Source: Eledone cirrhosa
Taxonomy: Eukaryota
Assembly: GCA_964016885.1 (NCBI GenBank)
Contig: OZ024742.1
Location: 211,668,001-211,732,000 of the forward strand
Reading direction: 5' to 3'
DNA length: 64,000 bases
The translations under genes were made by a program, and so were the position numbers. Shown here piece after piece: positions 26,330 to 39,147 of the stretch. The notes beneath the pieces are model-generated. The model did not search any database and had not been told where the DNA came from. It worked only from the letters and a program-made list of their open reading frames with translations. Each line of letters opens with the position of its first letter. The stretch's first letter is position 1.

Positions 26330-26825
26330 ACCCCCACGACACCACTACCACAATGACAACTATGACCCCTACCATTACAACCGCTATCACCCCCCTCCCC
26401 CCTCCCCACCTTGATGACCATGACCACCCCCACGACACCACTACCACAATGACTATGACAACTATGACCCCTACCATTACAACCGCTATCACCCCCTCCC
26501 CCCATGGCTATGACCACCATGATGACAATGACCACCCCCACGACACCACTACCACAATGACTACGACAACTATGACCCCTACCACCACAACCACCATCGC
26601 CGCTATCACCCCCCCCCCCTCCCACCATGACGGCAACGACCACCCCCACCATAACCATCACAATGACTACGACAACCATAACCCCCACCACCACAACCAT
26701 GACTACCACGATGACGATGTTGATGACCACCACCACCACCACCACTACTATGACCACCACCACAACTTCAATGATGACGACGACGGCCACCACCATAACT
26801 ATGACCACAATGACCACCACCATAG
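26330..26825. repeat. (CAC/GAC)-rich low-complexity tract with internal ~100-120-bp duplications
   Basis: cacccccacgacaccactaccacaatgac occurs three times. Confidence 0.85.
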
Positions 26826-26971
26826 ATATCTTAGCTAGGAGGTTCCCATGCTAAGCACAATTGAAGGCTATGGTGATATCAAATGCCACAACATTACTGT
26901 TACTATTACAAAAGATTTCAAGGACAAAGGACTACAGGTAAGGGACATGGGAGAGCAAGTCTACAGTAGCA

Positions 26972-27365
26972 CCTTCTGAATTCCATATGTCTAACACCCG
27001 TGGACATGCATACAAAATCAGAAAGCAGCACAGCTCCCATGACTTTCTTCTGAAACATTTTTTCACGCTCAGAGTTGCTGGAGCACGGAACAAACTACCT
27101 GCATCAGTTGTTAGCTGTCGGGACACTGCATCCTTCAAAACTTCCATGTTTCCCAAAATTCACCATCACTACACCTGATATTCCCCCTCCATATACATGC
27201 ATGCATGTCTCTGTGTATGTCTCTGTGTGTATATCATGACTCATACACTCTTCACTTTCCTGACATTTGTACATTATTCTATGTACTATACATGCACCTT
27301 TGACAAGTTGTAGTGCACCTGAGCACTGTACACAATCATTATTATTATTATTATTATTATTATTG
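26972..27365 (+). mobile_element. CR1/L2-group LINE 3' end with (ATT)n tail
   Basis: TRGHAYKI...HFFTLRVAGARNKLPASVV...SFK is a typical CR1-group ORF2 C-terminus, followed by a 3' UTR and attattatt tail. Confidence 0.8.
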
Positions 27366-28380
27366 TTATCATATACTGGTGGTCATTGAGGTTTAAGATA
27401 AAGAAAATTTGGGAAATTAGAGCAATAGGTGAGTAGTTGACAGAATCAGGGATATTGACATTTGGGAGAGATGAGTCCCACTAGGCTATTCTTCATGTTG
27501 AGGCTTTCATCTAATAGTGGTTCAACAAACAACTATAGTACGTTTCCAAAGATTGGGACAGATTTCTGTATAGAGTAGGAGATTGGGGTGTTTGGTAAGA
27601 ATAGGAGCTAGCTCTAGCAATCACTATTTGAGGCTAATGGAAAAAAAAACTATCAGGATTGTTTGGCTTGTTGAAATAATCAAAGAAGTCTTTATATGTG
27701 GCTTCTATTTATAGTGTGTGGAAAATGTAGAAAGTTTGATGAATTTTAATGAAAACATGCCAGAAATGAAACAGGTGGTAAATGTGGAGGTTTTTTTAAA
27801 AATAAGGGTGCTACTAACAGAGCCATCATAGTCAAAGAGTGGTGCATAGGAAGGTTCCTCAATGTTGATAAATATCTTAGGTTCTGTTACAATTTATGAG
27901 ATGGATGAGCTTTCTAGCTGTGTGATGAACAAAGACATACTGGGCTTTAGTGGTATTGTTGGGGTGGATAAGACCTCCCCTGCTATTTACAAATATATAA
28001 AGTAGGTTGATAGGAAAAACTAAGCACACACACATACACACACATGATGATGATGACGATGTGCCTGCTATTTCCATGCTGGCATAGGTTGGATGAGATT
28101 TTTGAAGCAATATTATATAGCCAAATACCCTTCCTGATGCCAACCCTTACTTATTTTTAAACATGACATTTATTTCAATGATCTTCACCCATCAAAACTA
28201 CAAGACAAGTTTAGGTAGTGTCAATATAAAGACATAAGTGGAAACAAAGAAACACTCACGAATATATATACACACATCAATTCATACATAAGCACACACA
28301 CACACACACATGTACACACACACAAACATATATATTTGGAAAATGTGTGAAATCTTTGGTACAGTTAGGTATATTTAAAA

Positions 28381-28796
28381 AGAAAGAAAAGAATGACTTC
28401 ACTTATAGTTCTAAACAATTTAATTTAATTATATAATATTATAATTTTACAATTTCGTTTTGTAGATCTAGTAAGTTCTTTGTTAACTTCGGTGGAAAGA
28501 GTTTTTAAAGATTCCTGGTTAACTACACTCATTAACAACCCCCTACCTCAAGACACACCCAAATCTCTTATATACATAGAGTCACACATCACAACACAAC
28601 CTGATCTCAGTTTGACAATCGCCACCGACGAATGCGAGAAAGTTCTCCAGGAAAGTTAGCCAGGAATCCTTAAAAAATCTTCCCACCAAAGTTAACAAAG
28701 AACTTACTAGATCTAGAAAACCAAATTGTAAAATTATAACATTATAAAAATTAAATTAAATTGTTTAGAACTACAAGTAAAGTCATTCTTTTCCTT
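28381..28796. repeat. Foldback element: ~140-bp imperfect inverted arms with ~130-bp spacer
   Basis: aaagaatgacttcacttatagttctaaacaa...gattcctggttaact versus agttagccaggaatc...ttgtttagaactacaagtaaagtcattcttt. Confidence 0.82.
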
Positions 28797-28823
28797 ACAA
28801 AAAAAAAAAAATATATATATATA

Positions 28824-30084
28824 CAGGGTCTGGACGATATTTGTTTGCAAGATTACTATCTAGGAAAAAATAACACAGTAGTTTTATTTTTTAAGATATA
28901 TTTATCAAACTTGGGTCAGTTTGTCTTCATGACTTGTTCTTTCGATCTCACTCGCCATTGGCTTTGATGACGGCTTCAAGGGGGCCTCGGAACCGGCTAC
29001 AGGCCTTCGTCACTGTCCCCCAACTTAGGCCCCTAAAAGCACTTGTGATCCTGGCCTTCAGATCGTCTTTAGTATTGCAGCTAGATCTGTTGATGTCTCA
29101 TTCCACTGTGCCCCACACAAAGAATTCGAGGGGGTTACAGTCAGGTGAGCTGGGCGGCCAGATGTCAGGTGAAGTGTGGTTGACGAAGTTCTGACAGCCA
29201 AGTTTGAGTCTTTCGGCTGGTATGGCAGGGCGCTGAGTCTTGCTGCCACACATATGGCCTACCTGCAGCTACCTAGTCGATCCAGGGCTTTACTACCTCG
29301 CTCAGAACGCGGATGTAGCCATCGGTGTTCAGCTTGAGGCCCTCAGGGAAGAAGTGAGGTGGCATGATGTCACCTTGACTGCTGACGACACCTAAGACCA
29401 ATGTTGTCACTGGAAACTTTGTCTGCATGATTCTGGGCACGTCTTTGGATGAGACAGCGAGTCACCTGTTGTTCTGGGAGTTGATCTTCTGGTCTTGGCA
29501 GAAGTTTTTCTCGTCAGAGAAAAACCACAGCATGTCTGGCTCCAGTGGGTGTTTCAACTTGTTGATCAGCTTCTTTGCGTGCTTCAGTCGCTTTTCTTGC
29601 ATCGCCTTTGACAGAAATTGTCCTTTCCTCATCTTGTATGAAACGTAGCGAATGTCTTCATGTACCACAGCCTAATGAGCTTTTCATCCACGCCTTTCTC
29701 CCTTGCAATGGCACACATCGATTTGCTAGGTGAACTTCAGTGACGAACTCAGGCGTTCTGAAGGTGTCAGATCGTCGATCATGCGTTTTCCTCTCTGATG
29801 TTGCTTTGTAGTCAAATCCTGAATCTTCCAATTCCTTTCTGACCTTTTCCACCATTCTCCTGCTGACGCTGAGAAAGTTTGAAATTTCCTTATTTGTCCT
29901 CCCGGCACGGATTCCAAGAAGAACTCCGTGTCTCTTCCACAAATTTGGAGGTTCAAAATTATTCATAATCAATTATTCTGAAAATAAATAATGTTTTTAT
30001 GAAGACAAGAGTGACAACGGAAGTAAAAAAAATTTGCATAAAATTAGCAGTTGAAAATTGCGAACAAATATCGTCCACACCCTG
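28824..30084 (-). mobile_element. Decayed full-length Tc1/mariner DD37D (maT)-type transposon
   Basis: TIRs CAGGGTCTGGACGATATTTGTTTGCAA / TTGCGAACAAATATCGTCCACACCCTG with TA at left; transposase pieces WFFSDEKNF, WQQDSAPCHTS, SPDCNPL interrupted by stops and frameshifts. Confidence 0.88.
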
Positions 30085-32899
30085 GATATACATATATGAT
30101 GATATGATGATGGTGATATATATATATACACATGATTAAGTTCTTCACAGTTTCCCTCTACTAATTTTACTGACAACACATTGGTCCGTCTAAGGTTCGA
30201 AACCATCATCATCATCATTTAACATCCGTTTTCCCTGTTAGCAAACATTGAACAGTTCATCATAGTCCAAGTCAGTACTTCATCAGAGCTACTGACCTCT
30301 TAGATAGATTGGGGATCTGCTTCTTGTTTACATATAACTCAGTATTCTACTGAGTGCACCTAGTGCATTTTATTGGGGCATTAGAAATACAGAGGCTGCT
30401 ATGTCTATGTCACAGTTGAAAGGTCCTCCTAATCCTTTGTTTGGCAGGTTTTCAATAGCTGGATGCCATTCCTATCAGCCACATTTTACAGAGTGTACTA
30501 GGTGTGTTTATCATGTAGATCACAAACACTAGAGAGACTGTAATACCATGGACACAATTGAAAAGTACTTTTGACCCTTCTTTGGCATAGTTTCTTTAGC
30601 TGGATGTCTTGCCTATCATCAACCATCTTACAGGTTGCATTGGGTGCATTATTGTGGCACTAGCACATAGTTTTCTATGACTGGAAGCCCTCCCTAACAT
30701 CAACCTCTTTACAGAGTGTACTAGGTGCAGTTTATCATAGTACCAGCATTAAAAAAGGTTAGAGGTCATTGTTTCGACTGAAAAGCCCTCTCTACCCTAT
30801 GGAGGGGTGATAGGAAGTATGCCATGGGTAAAGGGGTAATGTGTGTGCGAGATGACTAACATAATGTCATGTGTGTATGACAGGTGTAGTGGGAATTGAC
30901 AAGTTGTTGAGAGGGGAGGTTGAAGAGGTAATCATGCATTGGGAATGAATCTGAAACCATGTGGTTGCAAAGCTAACTTCTGCCTACGCCTAGATTGTAC
31001 ATATTGTGTAGACATTTGTGGACTCTGAATGGGTTAATGTTTAGACCAATAGAAACTCGTCTGATGTGTGAGTCATGTAATCCAGTGTTTTCATTACTGT
31101 TGGGAAAACAATTCAACGGTTACTGAAGTTAGATTTTCTTTCTCCAGAGTGACAGCTAAAACTGTGATTAAACAATAAATAAATGTTTACATTTCCGTTA
31201 TAAAAAGAATGTTTTTTTGTGTAGAAGTACAAAACCAAAGTAAAAGTCAGTCAAAAAATGGAAGCTTTAGTTAAAGCTTCCATTTTTTTTATTCATTTCA
31301 ATGCTGTCTTTGTATATCTGCATAAAACACACACACACACAGTTTGAAAAAAGATTAAACTAAATTGTAAAAACCAACAAAATATTACCAAATCAGTGAA
31401 ATGTTTTACATTCTTATTACCCCCCCCCCCTTTATACATATATTATTCCTCTTGTTATTATTGAAAATTGGCAGTATTGGTAGAGCATCAAACAACATGC
31501 TTTGCCGCATAGTGTTATGGCTCTTTATGTTCCGAGTTCAAATCCTACCGAGGTTAGCTTTGCTTGTCATCCCTACAGGGTCAATAAAATAAAGTACCAG
31601 TAACACACTGGGGTAGATTTAATAGACTTTCCCCTCCTCCCCCCCAAAAAAAATTGCTGGCCTTGTGCCTAAATCATAAACGTGGAGGATTGGCAGAATC
31701 GGTTGAGTGTTGGACAATATGCTTTGTAGCAGAGAGTTACGGTTCTTTACATTCTGAGTTCAAATTCTACTGAGGTTAGCTCTATCTTTCATCCTTATGT
31801 GGTCAATAAAATAAAGTACCAGTAATGCACTGGGGTCGATTTAATTGAATTTTTCCCCTACCCCCAAAATTGTTGGCCTTATGCCTAAATCATTATTATT
31901 ATTCCCTTTTCATGGTGAGTTCAAATCTGAGGTCAACTTTCCTTTTCATCCTTCAGTAAATATTAGTGACGATATAATCGGATTTGCTGGCTTTGTGCCT
32001 AAATTAGAAATCATTATTATTTTTGCTGCTGTTATTATTATTATCCTCATTACCATCACTAAATACCTATAACATAACACCCTACCTATACTGTCAGAAG
32101 AGGCACCACCACCACCACAACCACAACCACCACTACTACTGTATACAAAATTATTTATAAAAAACAATTCCCAAAACATTTAACCCCTCTCTACTGAAAT
32201 GTCACAAGGATATGTCTTCTTTCCCATTCTTTTTAACCTATATCTATATCAGGAATCCAAAACTGAAGGATTCAAAAGGGCCATTAGATCGTAGGGGAGA
32301 GGTACAACAAGCCAAAAGTGAGAATGTGGGGCACAGGGTGTGATTTCCACCAGTTATAATGTTAATCTGCAATACAGCAGATAGGCTGATATTTCTTTTC
32401 ATCAAAATAAATACACATATGAGAGTAAGTGCGATATGTGAATTAGTACAAAATGTAGAGGGACAAATTTACATCATGTTACTCCTGTCAGAAGTTGTGA
32501 TCAGTTGATAGTTTAAGTAATGCAAAGACCAATGGAAACATTGTTTTCTTGGCTCGATTTGACAAGGTGCAGCCCTCTTGGTAAGTGAGTGAGTCTGGGA
32601 TCTTGTCAATCAATTCGATTGATGGGTAAATTGCAATAAATTGTATTAGTTACAAAAATTGTTCTGCTGAGAGCCATAAGAAAAGTAGTTTGTGGGGAGC
32701 ATGTTTGAGACCCCTGATCTATATGATCTCCTCTTAACTCATCAGAACAGACACATTGATGACACCACATTCACAGTCTCCTCCTATTCTCTTGATACCA
32801 CAACACTATTTCATCATTGTTTATCACATATAGGCCTGGCACCAAATCAACAAAAGAAAGCGACAAGCAACAAAAGAAAGCAAACATGGAACAGATGTT

Positions 32900-33170
32900 A
32901 AATGATGATAACAACGATTGTGATGATGATGATGATGATGTGGATGATGTTGATGATGATGATGATGTGGATGATAGTGATAATGGTGACGATGATGATG
33001 ATGATGATGATAATGGTGATGATGATGATGATCTGGATGATGATGATGTGGATGATGATGTTGACGAAGATGATGGTGATGATAAAGACAACGATGATGA
33101 GGATATTGATGATGACAAGGATGATGACTTTAAAGATGATGATGGTGATTCTGATTCTGATGATGATGAA
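32900..33170. repeat. Degenerate (GAT)n microsatellite
   Basis: Seen directly in the sequence. Confidence 0.92.
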
Positions 33171-33665
33171 TAGTTTCGTTGGTTACAGATTTCTAATGTA
33201 CAAATTACTGGTTAATTTGCATTTCAGACATTGAGAATGACAAGCCAGTGTCATTGACATTTTAGTCTCTTAATGACATTTACATCCTTTACTCTTACAC
33301 TGTATATGTGATACATACATGCATGCATACACACATAGATACATGCATACATACATGCATACACTCACACAGATACATGCACACATACATGCATACATAC
33401 ACTCACACAGATACATGCACACATACATACCTACATATGCACATACATACATAGATACATATAGAAAACATTATATAAAATATAATAAAACTAGAACATA
33501 TATATACATGCATACATACATATGTACATACACACATACATATACGCACATACATACATATATATGTACAAATGTACATATGTACCCATATAGATAGAGA
33601 AACTTATGTATATGTGCACATATAACAAAAAATAAACAGATCCATACAAGCAATAACAGCTATAC

Positions 33666-33704
<39 letters not shown>

Positions 33705-33781
33705 CATACATACATTCATAGACATGTTTAAAATTTATATATGCTCATTTGAAAAAAGTTCATGTCTAATGTACAACTTAC

Positions 33782-33931
33782 CTTCAAAGGTCTTGGTAGA
33801 TTAGGCCTTGTGTATCGCAAATAAACAAGAGCAAAAACTGATAGACCCACTGAAAGCCACTGGACAAAACTGACATAGTTTATCAATGCGAGTACATCAT
33901 CAGATACTAACATAAATAATGACAGGGTTCC
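33782..33931 (-). CDS. SLC7 LAT-type transporter exon (TM10)
   Basis: gtttag / gtaagt; GTLSLFMLVSDDVLALINYVSFVQWLSVGLSVFALVYLRYTRPNLPRPLK; 150 bp. Confidence 0.94.
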
Positions 33932-34080
33932 CTAAACAATAGAAAATTTGAGAAGATGTAGAATAGTCAATAAAATACAAAAGATATTGATAAAATCTGA
34001 TAAAGATTTATACATTTATGTAAGAATTAGCTCATAGTGTGAATGCTACGATATCTTTCTATATTGAATCCCTATATTAC

Positions 34081-34292
34081 TTAACCCTTTAGTATTTACA
34101 TTACTCTATATTAGGATTATATTTTCAAGGTAAAGGCTTTCCCTCACATAATATTGAATCTACAAGATTTTGATATTTATTTTGAGAACAATACCTTAAC
34201 ATAAGTATGAGGAGCTGGTTACGGTTGGTTTGAACAGAAAGAGGTGAGAGAATTTTGGCCAGATATGGCCGGTTTAAATACTAAAGGGTTAA
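34081..34292. mobile_element. piggyBac-type MITE (TTAA TSD, CCCTTTAG TIRs)
   Basis: TTAA-CCCTTTAGTATTTA ... TAAATACTAAAGGG-TTAA. Confidence 0.85.
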
Positions 34293-34539
34293 GGAGAGAA
34301 ACATTCCAGTGAATATTTATTGCAATAATGTATTCTAATGCAAGCATTTTGGAGATAAAGATATGGAAGGAGTTTGTTTTGTATTACTTTAATGTTTTCC
34401 ATAATAATTATTTAATGTAAAATAAAAATGTCTTTCAATAAAATAAAAAGATTTTGCTACGTTAATTTAGGAAAATGCAAATATCTACTGATAAAATCTT
34501 GCATTTGAGCAAACTTTCATGTTTCACTAAGTGTCTATT

Positions 34540-35295
34540 TTCCATGCTAGCATGGATTAGCTGAGCTGTCCCATTGGGAGACTAGCCAGATCAGATGACC
34601 ATGGCTTGCTCAAACAGAAATGTTTCTGAATTGGTGTCTATGTCTGGATGCCTTTCCTAACACCAACCACATTTATAGTGTGGACTGAGTGTTTTTGTTA
34701 TGACACCTACACAACCACATTGCAGTATGGACAGGGCGTTTCTTGTTGACACACACACAACCACTTTACAGGGTAAACTGGGCACTTTTTTGTTGTGACA
34801 CCTACATGCCCACTTTACAGTGTGGACTGGGCGCTTTTTGTCATGGCACCAAAATGACCACCTAACAGTGTTGATTGGGAGCTGGTGTGGTGCAGATACA
34901 TGGGGATTGGGGAGGTAGATCTATGGTGTGGCACTTAGCAGGTGAAGGGTGGGGGTGAGTGATGTAGATGAGGGGTGGGGTGTTAGGACATGTGTGGAGT
35001 GTTAGGATGTATGTGGAGTGTTAGGACATCAGAGGTGTATAGAAAGGGGGAGGGGAAGGTAGTGCATAGATGATGTATGCTTCGGCTTGTGCACATGGGA
35101 AGGCAGGTCTTCAGTCTTACTACATAATGCCAGAGACCTCCATCTTGTATTATCATTTTTGAGAGGTACATTTGTGCAAGGTCAGCTTTTATCACCTCAT
35201 CCCAAGTCTTCCCAGATCTTCCTATTCCATAGATTCCATTAACTTTGAGCACCCTGCACCTTTTTATACAGCTGCCATCCTTCATATGCATCACA
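34540..35295 (-). mobile_element. RTE C-terminal fragment followed by SINE-like body and RTE-type tail
   Basis: CIKRCRVLKVNG...KTWDEVIKADLAQ, then several CACTGTAAAGTG-type units, GTGTTAGGAAAGGCATCCAG and CATGCTAGCATGGAAAA. Confidence 0.75.
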
Positions 35296-35703
35296 TTAAG
35301 ACCTTTAGATTCTAGGTCTTGCTAATATATATATGATGGCTGCCCCCTCGTTATCGAGTATGGCCATTGCACGATATACCATTATTAATAATTATTAATT
35401 AATTCTATCGTGCAATGCCTGTGGGTGAAGATATTTTTTAAAGTGAGGAAAGACTGTGCACTGAGCCAATCCCACTCTCTGGGCGACAGTAGCTATAACC
35501 CGAAAAGAAGAAAAGATCAACATCATCAGTAACTACTGAGCCGCAGGTTTTATATCAGAGTCATCCCAGTTTCCTGAGTTGCCTTCTCCTAGAAAAATGC
35601 CCTGACAAAGGCTAGGGGTCCTTCACATGTTCACACATTAGATTTTAAAATCTCTGAATAATTCTTGAATAAATTTGTTAAGAAGATAAACTGAATGACA
35701 TAC

Positions 35704-35800
35704 TGTAAATAGGATGGCTGGAAGTGGTGTAAGATTTTCAAGGTGTATCATTGACAGTATGTTTGGAAGATGGCCTTCTCGGGCTCCAACAAAAAATAAT
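35704..35800 (-). CDS. SLC7 LAT-type transporter exon (loop-TM9)
   Basis: ctttcag / gtatgt; [32 protein letters not shown]; 97 bp. Confidence 0.94.
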
Positions 35801-36073
35801 CTGAAAGAAAAAATACATATATTTGAATAATGTCTCGGTAATAACTTTAAAAGTTGGAATAGAAATAATTATTTTTATTAACTAGAGTATATAGAGTATA
35901 TGCATTTACTTACCAGCACATGCACACGTGTGTGTGGCAGATGCAAAGTAAGGATTATGGTGATGATGGACTAATGTCCGTTATGTTGAAACACTCATTT
36001 TCCTTTTCCAACAAGCACAATACTAAAAAGACTTTGTGTTATTGTATTTCTGTGTTTGTCTTGATTATTTTGA

Positions 36074-36122
<49 letters not shown>

Positions 36123-36126
36123 AATG

Positions 36127-36435
36127 AGATGGACTCCATAACAACACATCACCTGCTATTTCTTCCTTGCTGCGCCAACAGTGGCCAGCAAGTATGAGTC
36201 TGTCCACGTATTGACCTGCTGATAGGTGGTATATTGCCATAGAGATCCTTATTTGTTGGGCGTTCCCTCCAAGACACGTTTAAAGAAACGCTGGTCGTCC
36301 CAAGAAGACATACGTCAAGCAACTTGAGGACGATACTGGATGCACTGCGGAAGAACTGGCAAACGCTATGAGAGACAGAGATGGATGGAGGAAGCGTGTC
36401 GTAGAAAGCCGAGCAAGCTCGACCTGATGATGATG
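36127..36435. mobile_element. 5'-inverted, truncated RTE-group LINE insertion with 11-bp TSD
   Basis: Minus part NVSWRERPTNKDLYGNIPPIS...AGHCWRSKEE; plus part GRPKKTYVKQLEDDTG...RDRDGWR then (TGA)n; atatctcaatg at 36116-36126 and 36436-36446. Confidence 0.85.
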
Positions 36436-37125
36436 ATATCTCAATGGTGGGCCCCAGTAAGGCCTCAGCCTGTAGCTGGGACACGTAATACAGTAATATA
36501 TATATATCATCTGAGGATTTAGACGTGTTTATTTATATCTATGAAACCAATGGTAATGCAAGGGTGAGTTAAACTGTGAATACATACATACATAGACATA
36601 TTTATTTCTGATTATCTTGTAGATAGAGGATTTTCTGCAGGATTTTCATTCTTTAGGCAGGAAAACACTTAAATAGTTTACTATTGCTTTCTGGCATATT
36701 AGAACTCACATTCCCTAAATTTGTGATACAATACTTTTATACAAGAATACATGATAGATGCAGACATATTTGAGAGGTTAATAAATTTGCTTTGTAATCA
36801 TAAGCTTTCAGCTTTAATTCCACTGTGTAGCCTTGGATCAATCAATGCTAGTGAGAGAAATTGGGTAGCTGAAAACTGTGGGAGACCTTTGAATGAACTG
36901 TACTTGTAATTCGAGGGTCCTGCCTTGTCACATATTCTGTCATAGTGATCTTTCTTTATAATTATGCGAAGGAATGTGTGTGCGTGTGCATATGTATGTG
37001 TGTGAGTGTGTGTGTGCGTGTATGTGTATTTTGACATTATTTATGCATATGTGTGCCTATGTATGTGAGTGTGTATGTATGCAAGTGCATGCATGCATGT
37101 GTGTGTGTGTGCGCATGTAGTTTAC

Positions 37126-37229
37126 CTGCCAGATGTAAAGAGCATTCCATTCACTCCTCCAAATGTTGACAAAGCCACGAATATTGGAACAATCCAAGCC
37201 ATTACACCAAAGAGTTTGTTTCCAAATGT
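37126..37229 (-). CDS. SLC7 LAT-type transporter exon (TM8)
   Basis: tttccag / gtaaac; [35 protein letters not shown]; 104 bp. Confidence 0.94.
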
Positions 37230-37302
37230 CTGGAAATGAAATAAAATATAAACAGTTGAGTAAACAGGAAATTTGACTTAAAGACTTATAATTAGTAGTT
37301 AG

Positions 37303-39147
37303 CATGGGCTCCCACATGGATTCCCACATGGATTCCCACCCTGGCTTCCCACATGGATTACCACCTGGGCTTCCACATGGATTCCCTCATGGATTACCTC
37401 ATGGATTACCACCTGGGCTTCCCCCAAGGATTACCTCATGGATTACCACCTGGGCTTCCCTCATGGATTACCACCTGGGCTTCCTACATTGATTACCACC
37501 TGGGCTTCCCTCATGGATTACCTCATGGATTACCACCTGGGCTTCCTACATTGATTACCACCTGGGCTTCCCACATGGATTACCTCATGGATTACCACCT
37601 GGGCTTCCCTCATGGATTACCTCATGGATTACCACCTGGGCTTCCTACATTGATTACCATCTGGGCTTCCTACATTGATTACCATCTGGGCTTCCTACAT
37701 TGATTACCTCATGGATTACCACCTGGGCTTCCCTCATGGATTACCACCTGGGCTTCCTACATTGATTACCTCATGGATTACCACCTGGGCTTCCCTCATG
37801 GATTACCACCTGGGCTTCCCTCATGGATTACCACCTGGGCTTCCTACATGGATTACCACCTGGGCTTCCTACATTGATTACCATCTGGGCTTCCTACATT
37901 GATTACCATCTGGGCTTCCTACATTGATTACCACCTGGGCTTCCTACATTGATTACCATCTGGGCTTCCTACATTGATTACCACCTGGGCTTCCTACATT
38001 GATTACCTCATGGATTACCACCTGGGCTTCCCTCATGGATTACCACCTGGGCTTCCTACATTGATTACCACCTGGGCTTCCTACATTGATTACCACCTGG
38101 GTTTCCTACATTGATTACCTCATGGATTACCACCTGGGCTTCCCTCATGGATTACCACCTGGGCTTCCCTCATGGATTACCACCTGGGCTTCCTACATTG
38201 ATTACCACCTGGGCTTCCCACATGGATTACCACCTGGGCTTCCTACATTGATTACCACCTGGGCTTCCCACATGGATTACCTCATGGATTACCACCTGGG
38301 CTTCCCTCATGGATTACCTCATGGATTACCACCTGGGCTTCCTACATTGATTACCATCTGGGCTTCCTACATTGATTACCACCTGGGCTTCCTACATTGA
38401 TTACCTCATGGATTACCACCTGGGCTTCCCTCATGGATTACCACCTGGGCTTCCCACATGGATTACCACCTGGGCTTCCTACATTGATTACCACCTGGGC
38501 TTCCCACATGGATTACCACCTGGGCTTCCCTCATGGATTACCTCATGGATTACCACCTGGGCTTCCTACATTGATTACCACCTGGGCTTCCCTCATGGAT
38601 TACCTCATGGATTACCACCTGGGCTTCCTACATTGATTACCATCTGGGCTTCCTACATTGATTACCACCTGGGCTTCCTACATTGATTACCTCATGGATT
38701 ACCACCTGGGCTTCCCTCATGGATTACCACCTGGGCTTCCCTCATGGATTACCACCTGGGCTTCCCTCATGGATTACCACCTGGGCTTCCCACATGGATT
38801 ACCACCTGGGCTTCCTACATTGATTACCACCTGGGCTTCCCTCATGGATTACCTCATGGATTACCACCTGGGCTTCCCCCAAGGATTACTTCATGGATTA
38901 CCACCTGGGCTTCCCCCAAGGATTACTACATTGATTACCACCTGGGCTTCCCCCAAGGATTACCTCATGGATTACCACCTGGGCTTCCCCCAAGGATTAC
39001 CTCATGGATTACCACCTGGGCTTCCCCCAAGGATTACCACCTGGGCTCCCACATGGATTACACCTGGGCTTCCACATGGATCCTCACCTGGGCTTCCACA
39101 TGGATCCTCACCTGGGCTCCCACATGGATTCTCACCTGGGCTCCCAG
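37303..39147. repeat. Compound minisatellite of 25-bp (GATTACCACCTGGGCTTCC...) and 12-bp (GGATTACCTCAT) units
   Basis: Seen directly; begins ~75 bp from the acceptor of the 37126-37229 exon. Confidence 0.95.

Noticed and set aside
32817-33234. Asp-rich ORF resembling an acidic biomineral protein
   Set aside because: It is a (GAT)n microsatellite inside an intron, with no signal peptide or exon evidence.
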